From Nemertoderma westbladi (lineage: Eukaryota > Animalia > Xenacoelomorpha): a stretch of 49,241 nucleotides of DNA. Position 1 is the first letter of the stretch, and every line of letters starts with the position of its first letter. The DNA lies in NCBI GenBank assembly GCA_032718475.1, contig JAUCBJ010008102.1:1-49241 (forward strand). The letters run 5' to 3'. Shown here one piece after another: positions 30,789 to 41,783 of the stretch. A model generated the notes under the pieces. It was not told the origin of the DNA. It saw only the letters and a program-made list of their open reading frames with translations, and did not search any database. A program made the translations under genes and the position numbers.

Positions 30789-31952
30789 TGTTCGCGCTTT
30801 CAGACCTTTGGCAGTTTAACCCGCCAAATTAGGATGTCTTCTAGATAATAAATCACTTTTAGCCTCTGACAAGTATTTTATTCACTACACTAGTCGAAAC
30901 CAATCTGTGCGCGATCATTCACCCGCTGGATATACCCGGGAGATTGGGTTCGACGGCTTAATCGTATTGCTATGTAAGCCTACTGTATTATTCGACTGAT
31001 CGTATTATATAATCTCTGACAATATTATTCACCTTCGGGAATATTAACAGTTCCTTTAGGACGTGGCGCTCTATCTATATAAACAGAGTTATGACTTAAA
31101 CTACTCACAACGATATGGCTTAGTTATAATTCACATATATGGCGCATTCTTTAGGAAATGCTTCGTTATCAGTCTCACTCATACACAATGCTGCACAATA
31201 CTGCACACTAATCTGCCGATCTTCACTGATTTTAGTCACATATAAAAGGAACACGGACCGAATCATGTAGGGTCTATCAAATAACATTAGATTCACTTCA
31301 AACCACTTTAACATAAGTCACAATCGTTATATGTAACCTTTCTCTCTTACCTTCGGTATATCAAGAATATTGGGTTTCGGGGTTATTTATCGTTATTCCA
31401 AATATAATAATTCATCAACCATATTATGAAGAACTGACAGTAAATAGCAGTATAACAATATAAAAGTATGCACAGGTATGTTTGATTAGGTATGTTGAGT
31501 TGCATGAGTTGTGACAATCAGTCAGTTTTGTTATGATAACGGATATATGTCCTTATAATTAAGCCTACTAGTGTAAGGCAGAGCCGTTCTTCCTGGCTTA
31601 GAATCACCAACAACACTAAAAACTGATAAGAATAACCTTATTTACAAAAGCTTCCACCCACCACAGAGAATGAGCATACAGATAGGAAAATTCAGTTCAG
31701 TAGATCTGTGATAGGTCGAAATCAAAACCAACTCAAATCCTATTGGCAGATACAGAAAGCAGGGCTGTGGGGCAACCTTCCCAAGCTGGTTGGACGATCA
31801 AACGTAGCCCAGATCCCTTCGCACAGCAAATCAGCCAATCAGCCGGTAGCTTGCACTATTCGAGTTATAGATCCCTTTTTAGAGTATTCCAGCGCCTGGG
31901 GGGAACTGGTTAGCAAGGCAAACGAATCAGTTATCCCACAAAAGCTTTTACA
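30789..31952 (-). repeat. 3' LTR (1164 bp)
   Basis: Direct repeat of 41784-42947 (offset 10995). Only one difference noticed by eye: C30993 vs T41988. Confidence 0.97.
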
Positions 31953-31961
31953 CCGCTCCCA
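31953..31961 (-). other. Short polypurine tract (TGGGAGCGG) abutting the 3' LTR
   Basis: G-rich run immediately before TGT of the 3' LTR on the element's sense strand. Confidence 0.7.
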
Positions 31962-33441
31962 GAAAATGGGATTTAAGTCTATAAAATATACAAAATCACA
32001 GTTTCTAAAATACGAGAATACTCTAAACAGTTAGTCTTTCTTGCGCAGACGGCGTTTACGCAGTTTTTTAAAGCTAGCAAGAGTCTTTTTCTCTTTGGGG
32101 CGAGCCACTTTACAAGGAGGGCTATAACTCCTGGGTGAAGGGTGCAATACAATTGCATTAGAAGGTTTGGGTTTACGGTCGGTGTCTCGTCCATTTCGAT
32201 ATGCTTCTCCTCGAGCTGATTTTCCTCCGCTTGTCATGGGATACGTTCGTCCAAAACTCTCGCAGAGAATAGGGTTTTCTAAGCTTGATATCTTCTTTGA
32301 GATTCGAGATTTCCCAATCGAACTGAGATAAGGCCAATTCGTTTATCGATTGGACTTACTGTTATAACTTACGTTTATCTGAACAAACGCAGGTTTCTTT
32401 TTTGATCTTTATAGAATAGCGTTTAACTCGTTTCGTACAACGCTCTCCTTCACCTTGATGAAGGGTTGTATCGCGTTAAACGGGGACGACCATACGGTTG
32501 GATAGTGATATTAGGTGTCCGCGTCACAATCCGGCTAGGCAAGATGGGCGGCTAGCTAGAAATCACTGTCGGAGTGTTACCGATTAATTGTTAGGGTAGC
32601 ACTAGATCTTTGAACAGTGAATACAGTCCGCGAGGATCCGCGACACCACCAGGATCGTAGGTCTGACGTCCAACTAAGGAATGAGGAGGTTTGACCGAGT
32701 ATTCCGGGACTCTGATCGTAGGTTTACTCCAGGATCGTTCGAGCCGAGTGAGCATAGGTGGTACGTCAAACAAGTTTCGCTCGAAACTCCAGTAAATATA
32801 ACGAGCACAACTGTGTTTAACACAACGTTTCCGTGGATGTTTATGTCTTTCCGTTTATTGGCTGGGTCTAGGGCATTTATCGTAATAATACCAAAGACGC
32901 ACGTCTTGTAGGGGAAACGCGGATGATATTTATTTGTTGTTACAATGCTTCTATCAAGAATTCCAAATATATGTTGGAGTTACCGCGTTTATTTGTTTCT
33001 TTAATGTCTTTTCTTTCGAGTCGATTTCGAATAGGATTTTCGCATTATAATTTTGGTTTATCGTTTCGACTCCTCTGGGTAGGATATGTTCGACATAGTC
33101 CGTATCGTGTAAATCGATAGAATGGTCAATGGTTAAGAAGTCCATATACATACCATTACAATGCGTGTAGCGAGCGGTGAATTTTCCATAGTCCAATTCA
33201 CGCGTAAGTTACTTCCAGGAAATCGTAGGTTCGATATAACAACCATCATCCTTCGTAGTAGTTGGACTAGTATCACCGCGTATCAAGCTATCAACAAACG
33301 CTTGAAAGTAGATTATATCGCTCCCTGATACCAAGACCATCTTCTATCAACTCCGTCATATCTGCTATATATGAGTTTATTAATATTATAATGAGTTTAT
33401 ATTTAGGCCAGCGAGCGTCGCTGCCTACCCCAATCCGCCCC

Positions 33442-33549
33442 CGGACAGTGCGAGATCCTCAGCGCCGATGTGTCGTCGCCGCTGTACTTTCGCCAACGAC
33501 GTAGCCGCACAACGACAACGACAACCGGCACAAGTCACTCCACTGTCCG
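33442..33549 (-). other. 108-nt rod-like RNA hairpin in the element's 3' non-coding region
   Basis: Hand pairing on the minus strand: CGGACAGTG/CACTGTCCG, GTGCCGGT/ATCGGCGC, TGTCGTTGTCGTTGTGC/GTACAGCGGCGACGACA, with about 7 G-U pairs. Confidence 0.7.
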
Positions 33550-34184
33550 TCCCAAAGGCTTAGATGTACTTCAGGTTTTCCTTGGAGAGTTAGGTTACTT
33601 TCACGATTGCGACTAGCTACTGTAAACACACTTTAGCAGTAACATTCACCTATAAACTCACAAATACCACACAACTGGTCACAACTACGCACATTCGGGC
33701 CATTTGTCCGTTAGTCAATGCCTTCCAGAATGTCACTGTATTATTATGTATCCTTGGATACTAGCAGTGCGCTATTTATTCCCTATGCTATTCAATGGGA
33801 CAAGCTTTCTATTGTTCTTTTAACTCAATTCTAATTCTAGCGTGGTTGTTGCCATGGTGACATTATGCAAAGCTAGCGGTAGAATTAGGGTAATTCCAAT
33901 GCATACAGATCTGGGATGTTATTTAATAGTAATTCTTTAATGGTCAATGTCCTGTTTTATACATGACTTTATGAATTTTATCGGCTATTGACTATGTTTG
34001 GGAGACTTTCGCACACTCATACGCATAATAAGATAAATCTCCGCTCCCTTGATCTATTAATTAATGGAATTTTGGGAATGTTATAAATTGCGTAAAAATG
34101 GCAATTTATTAAATTCATTAAAAGGCATGAATTTAAATTTATTCCCTGAAATTGTATTATTTGATAATTAAATTGACATATTTT

Positions 34185-34490
34185 GATTCTAGAACATGTC
34201 TGGGGACACAAGATCCTTAATTCTATGACAATTGTCTTTTTAAGAATATCGGTAAATGCTACGATATCTTAATTGACTAGAATTGTTGAAGGATCTGAAT
34301 TTTACAGATTTTGATTTATTAGATTTGCAAATATTAAATAATTAATATTTGAGATGGGCACCGATTTATTCCAGAACTTGTCTGGGGACGTTAACCACTG
34401 ATTCTAAAATTTGTCTTTCAAGTATATCGGTGGGTGCCGCGATATCTTAATCGACTAGAATTGCAGATGGTCAAAGGGTTTAACAGATTT
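34185..34490. repeat. Diverged direct duplication (offset ~182 bp), each copy containing a hairpin
   Basis: TGTCTGGGGAC..ATTCTA..TATCGGT..CGATATCTTAAT(T/C)GACTAGAATTG starts at 34197 and 34379. Confidence 0.8.
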
Positions 34491-35010
34491 ATTTTGCGTT
34501 ATACGCTACTGTTAAAGGGACATCACGCTACTATATGTATTATTTAATATACGGTATGAGAGCAATATCGCACGAAGCAATGTCAGTGTGAAGAGGCAAG
34601 TCGTTTCCAAGGTCTACCCAGAGCTTGGTTTAGCCGAGACACGAGGATCTGAACTTTGCATTCCTAATACTCTGCCTACCAATAATACTTAAATATAGTA
34701 GTGGCTTTATTGTACTTTAATAAGTACGGATATTTCATCTTACTGTAGTCACGTATTTATAATATGATACGGGCAGTAAGGAAAGAGAAAATGAATTATT
34801 TCTCGCCGTCGCACTAAATATATAATATACGTAATTAAATAATAAACGCGAATATATATTGCACTAATCTACTAAATAATCTCTAAAATACCATACTACT
34901 AAATAAAATTAAATAAAACGATTAAAATAAAATTACATAATAATACATACATAAATATAAAAATAAAACAAATACAAAATAATAGAGTCACACACCCACT
35001 CCATATGTTG

Positions 35011-38000
35011 TTACGTTATGGAGTCCCTAGATGTTTGAAGGATTAGGGAGGTGGTCGTGGGAAGAGAATCTTGCCTTCCACAGTTTCCGGAGAGTCCTCC
35101 ATTCCCTTCCGGTAAACACAAACGACCGACTGGGTGATTGAGTCGCTGCATCCCGAATACAATTCCAGGTTTCCTCTTCGTCCTGGAATAGTGACGATAG
35201 AAACATCGCTCTAGGTACACGACGGCCTTACAAAGCCGATTCCAGGAGCTATAGTGGTCCGTCGCTCCCTGCAGGAGAGGTGAGAGTCCCTGCGAGACGT
35301 CTGATGTTCCAGAGCTCCAATCGCTCTCTCTGATCTTCATGAAGGATCCACTCGCGGTGGGGAGGTCCAGATCCACGGCGTCGTCCCTGGCAATATGTAA
35401 TACCGACAGATCTATCCCGGGTTCAAATAACTCCGATCCACCCGTCCGGGTTTTAGGTTTGACTTTCTCCGCTCCCTTGGCTGGTCTAATCTCAGTCGGA
35501 GTAAGATGGGGAGGCCATTCATCCTCCTTACTCAGGAAGTCGGGTTCACCTAACCGGTCTGTAGTATCTGTCAGTTCTTGAGGAGTTGCTCCTCTGGAAG
35601 CGATGTCAGTTGGATTAAACTTCTTGGGGCAATATCTCCATTGATCTACATTGGAGCTAATATCGTCATTATCTGAGGAGTATGGTGTTCCCTCAGTTGG
35701 GTCGTCTCCCTCACTAGTATCATCTTCCCATTCACTCACCTGGCAGACGCGATCTTGAAGCAGTCTTTCTCTGAGCGTTCTTCGGGAAGGTCCAGTAAGG
35801 TACCAACCTACTCTAGTTCTTACCGCATAGGTCTGAAGTGGTTGCGGTTGAGTAGGTCGTTTCTCTAATGTCTCCAGCGCCTCATGCGCGTTTTGACCGA
35901 TTAATATTTGTACTCCATGATAATCGGTGTCGAATCTAGGGATGTTAAGTTGTTGGACATGATCATCTTCGTCCCAATTATAAGGTTCCACTTGGGTGGT
36001 AGCGAAGTTCTTTATTGCCACCATTTTGACTGACCTTATACTGTATTCTCCTAGTTTATCCTGTGGAGTGGACAACTCACCTATATAATAGTCGGCAGCT
36101 ACAGTAGAATTCCAAACCTGCATGATCCCTGACATGTTTAGCTTGGTTCGGAACTTGGGTTGTCCAGCAAAGATGTCTTCGGCTAGTTCTTTATCGATGA
36201 ATGTTCCTGTGCTGCCGGAGTCCAGGAGGGCGTTCACTATATAGCTCTTCTGAGGTCCGTGGACCCGTAACTGGACTACAGGAAATTCTCGGATTCCTAT
36301 ATTGGAAGTTGGCGCTTTCCAAGATGGTTGTTGATCAGAAGTAGTTAAGGTAAGGTCGCTGTCTGTGTCTTTCTCATGCACGAGTGCTCGATACACTGCG
36401 GTGGTGTTTATTAGGTAACAGGATTCGTTTTGGTCGGAGAACTCGTCCGTATAGAATCCTTCCATCTCAGATTGATCAGTGTCGTTCACATCACTGAATT
36501 GGACATGTAGTTCGGACTCACTTACCTGACTCGGGCTGTTTCGTTCGAATTCCGTGTGCAACAAGATATGATGTTTTGCGCCGCACTTTGCACACCTTGC
36601 GTCGGAGTAACAGGTTCGCCGTTGGTGTCCTCGTCTGAGGCAATTATAACACAACCGCTTATCCCACATGACTTCACGTCTATCCTCGAGTGATTTCCTC
36701 AGGAATTCATCACACACATTCAAACGGTGGGGCCCGTCGCACAGCACACATTTCGGCTTGATGTTACTTACTTTAACCTGTGCTATGTGGTGCACACTTG
36801 TTCTTTCCTCGGGCTTTCTCACCTGAATTCTTTTAGGAGACGTAGGAGGGGTTTTTTGTACCGGTTCCCTTCTGTCATTGGGTCGAGACTTGGATTTACT
36901 TACCTGGTCTTTAGGCATTTTATTGACATAATAAGACCTGTCAGTGTCTTTCCCGCTGTCCTCTCCTTGAGAAGTTTGGCTTTCACCGTCGTCGGTATAA
37001 CATACTGGTGTTACCCTTCTCCTAGAAACGGGTTTCTCACTTACCTTACTTTCCGCTGTCTTCTCTCTGGACTGCTTTATGAGCTGTAATTTCACCTCGC
37101 TATCCAAGAATGACATGAGATCAGCCATGGTAGGGTCTCGTTGTTGTTGTTCCATCATATATAACACCTTCTTGTCCCAGCGTGTACCTACTCCACCCTT
37201 GGGCAAAGTAGATGCTAAGGCTCCTACAACCATAGAATTCTGGTATTCATGAGACTTACCTAACCAATCTAGTTGTCTACAGATCTCCTGAATCTCATCG
37301 GAAAACTCTATAATCCCGCTGCTAAGAAACTTTCGGGGCGCCATTAATTTTGCATATAAATACCTAGCTATGTTAGTCCTATTACCATACCTGATGTTTA
37401 GTGTATCCCAAACTTGTCTTAATCCATCTGGATGTCCAATAAATTTTAACGCCATTGACTTGGGAGGTCCTTCCAAACATTCGATGAGGAATCTAAGTTT
37501 CTCTCCATTAGATAGTACAGAGTTCTGTATGTTATCTTTGTAATATTCATTAAAAGGTAACCATTTCATCTCATCTCCATTGAACTTGACGATCTCTCCA
37601 ACCTTTACCGCTTGCCGGGCTTCGGTTCTAGCCATTTGACGTGTAAAACTTTCTTGGGCCATCGTATTATTGAATAGAGAATTATCGGTATATAAGTTTC
37701 TCGGATTATTATCAAGTCTAGATGAGATATCATTATCAACAGGTTTATAATTACCCTTAATAGGGTTCACTATAGGAGTTTCTACTTCGCTAGCAGTATA
37801 TATGCGTGTAGGCTACACACCTTGCGCATGAGATACTTCAGACCTAACAGGTTGACACATTGTTACAGGGGGTGGTGGTATACCCCTTTGTGTATTTACT
37901 AATTTATCGCGTTCTAGCGCGATACTTTGCTGCACTTCTTGCAACTCAAGCCTACTTTCCCTTACTGTGCCCTTGAATTGCTGAACCGTCTCCTGCATCT

Positions 38001-39449
38001 GCCCGAGCAGGAGATCCATCCCCCGCCGTCTCTCGTCCACCCATTCGACCGCCGAAGCGGGAGTCGCCAACGTTGTAGCGAGCGGACGAGGGACAACGGG
38101 CGACAAATCAGGAATATTTCGCTCGGGGTCCAGGACCTGAACTGTCTCCTGGGCAGTTCTACTGGGCACAGGTAGCTTAGTGCTATGCAGAGGGAATTTG
38201 GAGGTAGCTTCAGGGAGCACAGGTGTATCTATCACCGAAGGGGTGATTTCAAGAACAGGCCTAATTATTTCAGGCTCATCTACTATAGTAGGGAGTCTTT
38301 CTATTTTAATTATTTGGTCTGTGGGCTCTATACTACCTAAGTTGGTGTTATTTAGTTGCCTTCTAACAGCTGGAGGCAAATCAGGCAATTTCTGACGGTG
38401 GAATGTTCTTTTACGTCTGCTTAGACGAGATCTATTTCCTTTGCCTTCAGTATCGGTGGTATCGCCTTCCTCAGATGATGTATATCCCTGTCTTTTGGGA
38501 GTAGATCGATTCATCATCTGCATATTACTAGCTGTTAACTGTTTATTTATGCAGTCTTGATTCTCCTGAATGTATTCCAATTCTAGTTGGGTGGTTTCTT
38601 CAGTCGCTCTCCGTTCGGCTTCTGCCACTGCCTCTGCGGCCTTTCTTTCAGCCTCGGCCACCTTTCTTTCAGCTTCGGCCGCTTTTGCTTCTGCCGCTGC
38701 CGCTGCCGCTGCCGCTTTTCTTTCAGCTTCGGCCGCTTTTGCCTCTGCTGCTGCCTCTGCCGCTGCCGCTTTTCTTTCTGCTTCTGCAACTACCACTGCT
38801 GCTTTCTTTCTGTCTTCTATACGTTTTTTCTTTACTTGTTCTTCTTGGACTCGTGTCAGGCGGAGTTGTTCATCAAATTTAGCTTGGTTCGCAGCTAACA
38901 TTTCCGCATGATTGCGTCCAGCACAAGCTTGGTTCCTTCACTATTAGGGCTAAGCCCATCCAGCCTTCTCCTCAACTCTTCATCTCCTACAAAGCGTTGA
39001 TAGTCTGACAGATAGATGTCAATAGCATCCCTCTTATGCGGTTTCTCTGCTGTCACTTCGCTCTCTTCTTGAGAAGAAGTGGCGTCGGTTGATTCTTCAT
39101 AGGTTGGCCGCTCATCATAAACCTTATCCGCCATCTTCGCTCCGCGTTCGGGCGTCCGCTCAACAGTATCCGAACTACTGGAGCTATCGGGCCGTTGAGA
39201 AGTAAGTTCTTGGCTCGCGGGTTGTTGCTGTTCTGCTGCTTCTTGGTCCCGCTTGACCTGAGCTCGAGTGCCTATGATAGACCTACGATGTTGGACCAGC
39301 CTAGGTTCTGTTATTACTACTGGAGGGATGACCTTCCTCACAGTGGGAGGTGAACTGAACTTACGACTAGACCGTTCTATATCTCTATCTGAGTCGCAGA
39401 TAGTTACATCTAATAAACTGTCTGACAGGTTCTGCTTAGTATCAGACAT
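35011..39449 (-). pseudogene. Disrupted BEL/Pao gag-protease polyprotein (~1480 codons reconstructed) fused to an RNase H C-terminal remnant; RT and integrase absent
   Basis: Three ORFs (39449-38895, 38901-37813, 37770-35011) are joined by one frameshift near 38905 and one in-frame TAG (37813-37815). Motifs: Ala/Glu/Lys coiled coil; KFNGDEMKWLPF (DUF1759-like); CVLC..H..C / CYNC..H..C / CAKC..HHILLH; ALLDSGS; ILIG; TRVGW; QWRY..NPTDIASRG..P.FL..WP; YSSWNRL. No YVDD/YADD motif and no HHCC/DDE integrase. Confidence 0.93.
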
Positions 39450-40791
39450 GTTTGTGTGTACAGTTGTATGCCTACTGCTATATTACAGTCTGAGCAATTC
39501 TAGTAATTCAGTATTAACTGCTAGCCTAGTAATTAATTACCGATACTGCTACTCAGTGTAGCGTGATATATATATAATATATTAGAATACCGGTATACTT
39601 ATAGTATATATAACTATATAAGTATTATTACAGACTAGGTTTATCACAGAATACCGGTATAATTTTAGCACAAATATATATAAAGATATAATAGGCCTAT
39701 CGGGAATACCGGTATACAGCTTACAGCTTGTAGTATATATAATTCTGGACTAGAATTAATTACAAGTACCGGTATAATTTCAGCCTAAATTTATAGAAAT
39801 AAGGATAATAGGCCTATCGCAAATACCGGTATATCAATTATTTTAAATAATTGAATTTCTGAATTTTAGGGTTACTTGGTTACTTTACTTACTTTATTAC
39901 CGTTATTTGAGCAGTAGTCCAACTGATATTGAGACCTAATGGTTGTGTGGTAGGCCTACTATTTATAAATCGTTAGATTTGATTTATAATATATATATAC
40001 CCGTTTTAATGGGTTTTGTCAATGTTTGAAATAAATGTTATTATTTCTGGGGAGTAATCACTACACAAAGCGGTGCGCTTTCAGTGAAGTGTTACTTATA
40101 GGACACTAAAACAAATAATGCTAATTTACCTAAGTTACTTAATACTACAAATTACGTACAATTCGGGTGAGATTACAATCTCTAAATAAACACAAAAATT
40201 TACAAAAAACACAAAATACGAATTTTCAGGGTAATTTTACAAGAAGTCTACAAACCAGCCTAACAAAGGGTTAGAAATCTGGTTATTACAACGGACAGGG
40301 TACTACGGTATTTTGAAAATAATACGTAGTAGTAAATACACTGCGTTGTCCAGATAGGAAAATACCACCGCCTGACGACCTATAGCCGTATCGCTATAGG
40401 TACTACGTTATGTATCACGGAGTGTTCCTACCTAGAAGTTAATAGAGCTAATCGAACGTGCCTATCAACCACTTTACAACACAAATATAATGCCTACACT
40501 AATTACTTTCGGAAAGCACTGTACACTAAACCCTAAATTAGGTACGAGTACTTGTACAACAGATAATCAGTAGTTAAATATACTTGAACAGCTAAAAGAA
40601 CCACGGCATCTGCTGGAGTGACCGGTGCACAAAATCACCAGTCTTTACCTACGCCAAGCAGCCCGTGTAGTACCGGGGTTAATTTAACTATAACGGTATG
40701 TATAACAAACACAATTACTGTAGGAACAAACTTGGGGAATGAATGTTGCGGATAATCGCATAAACTCTGAATAATAAATATGACGCTACGC

Positions 40792-41345
40792 GTACAAACT
40801 ACTCAAACAAAATGCAGACCAAATACCGACAGACTACTATCAAGCCTAAACAAACTACGGTATATGCAGACTCCGAAATGATTAGGTAGTATGCGTTCTA
40901 ACTCAGTAGTACGACTTATTCTTTAGATGGGAGTTTACCTTACAGCATTGGCTGCCCCTACTTCCTAACCGTTCTTTATCGGACAGGGGCTCTACACACA
41001 CTACAATCCGTTCAGACCTAATAACAGCCAGACAACTATCCAGCCTACAAATTATCTAAATAAATATTATACGCTACCTGTACAGACTACACAAACAAAG
41101 TACAGACTAAACGATGGCAGACTACTCTCAAGCCTAAATAAACTACAGGACATGCAGACTCCGAAATGATTAGGTAGTATGCGTTCTAACCCAGTAGTAC
41201 GACTTATTCTTTAGTTGGGGGTTTACCTTACAGCTTTGGCTGCCCCTACTTCCTAACCGTTCTTTATCGGACAGGTGATCTACACACACTGCAATCCGTT
41301 CGGACTTAACAGCAATCAGACAACAGCTCAGCCTACAAATTGTCT
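40792..41345. repeat. 288-bp tandem duplication in the 2.3-kb 5' leader of the LTR element
   Basis: CCGAAATGATTAGGTAGTATGCGTTCTAAC at 40873 and 41161, with similarity over the whole unit. Confidence 0.9.
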
Positions 41346-41522
41346 GTACAATCTGATCAGGCTTACACGCCTTCTGTTCAATACTGGCCTACAAACAAAT
41401 AAAACTTGACAGAAATAAGTAAAAATCTCAATAAAAACCAGGGCGGCCGTTCCCTGATTAAGTACTAAGACCTACCGGTATATGATTATCAAATTCGAAT
41501 AATACTAATGTACTTATACTGG

Positions 41523-41645
41523 AAGTACCGGTTAGGACAGTTGGGCCTACGGACCTACAGAAGTACCGGTTCTGGCAGTTGGACCTACGGACCTACGGCA
41601 GTACCGGTTCTGGCAGTTGGGCCTACTGACCTACAGATGTACCGT
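41523..41645. repeat. ~35-bp tandem repeat, about 3 copies (GTACCGGTTCTGGCAGTTGGGCCTACGGACCTACAG)
   Basis: Directly visible near the 5' end of the internal region. Confidence 0.85.
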
Positions 41646-41772
41646 TCAGGTTTACCGGTTGACCGGTACTTTCAACTTTATTGCTTACTGCAATAAAGAA
41701 GCGATATCCGTTATTGTTCTTACCAGAACAATATTAAACTGTATTTAATGCCTACACTGCAATACAGACTAA

Positions 41773-41783
41773 ATATCCGTTAT
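41773..41783 (-). promoter_or_regulatory. Non-tRNA primer-binding site ATAACGGATAT, putative self-priming site
   Basis: Abuts the 5' LTR and lacks the TGG that pairs with tRNA CCA. Exact reverse complement of LTR 42531-42541 on the same strand. A second copy lies at 41704-41714. Confidence 0.75.

Noticed and set aside
30033-30848. 271-aa ORF as an intact chimeric gene
   Set aside because: It is an accidental read-through from Ginger subterminal repeats into a truncated CR1 ORF2, past a frameshift and into the LTR.
31063-32034. Small ORFs in the LTRs (also 42058-43092 and 49038-49232)
   Set aside because: Short, mostly non-ATG starts, no motifs; they recur only because the LTR is repeated. 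The tail of 42703-43092 is CR1 ORF2.
33454-33492. Hammerhead ribozyme (minus strand has GAAA and CUGAGGA)
   Set aside because: Stem II cannot form between the bases after CUGAGGA and those before GAAA; the region folds better as a simple rod.
37810-37815. Programmed stop-codon readthrough at the in-frame TAG
   Set aside because: The context TAG CCT ACA does not match the CARYYA readthrough motif and lies within Gag; a CAG-to-TAG mutation is simpler, though untested.
37927-38911. Several overlapping plus-strand and alternative-frame ORFs
   Set aside because: Shadow frames of the Gag coding region, mostly its Ala/Glu/Lys repeat.
40372-40405. Hammerhead core CTGACGA followed by a hairpin
   Set aside because: The stem is followed by TACT rather than the required GAAA.
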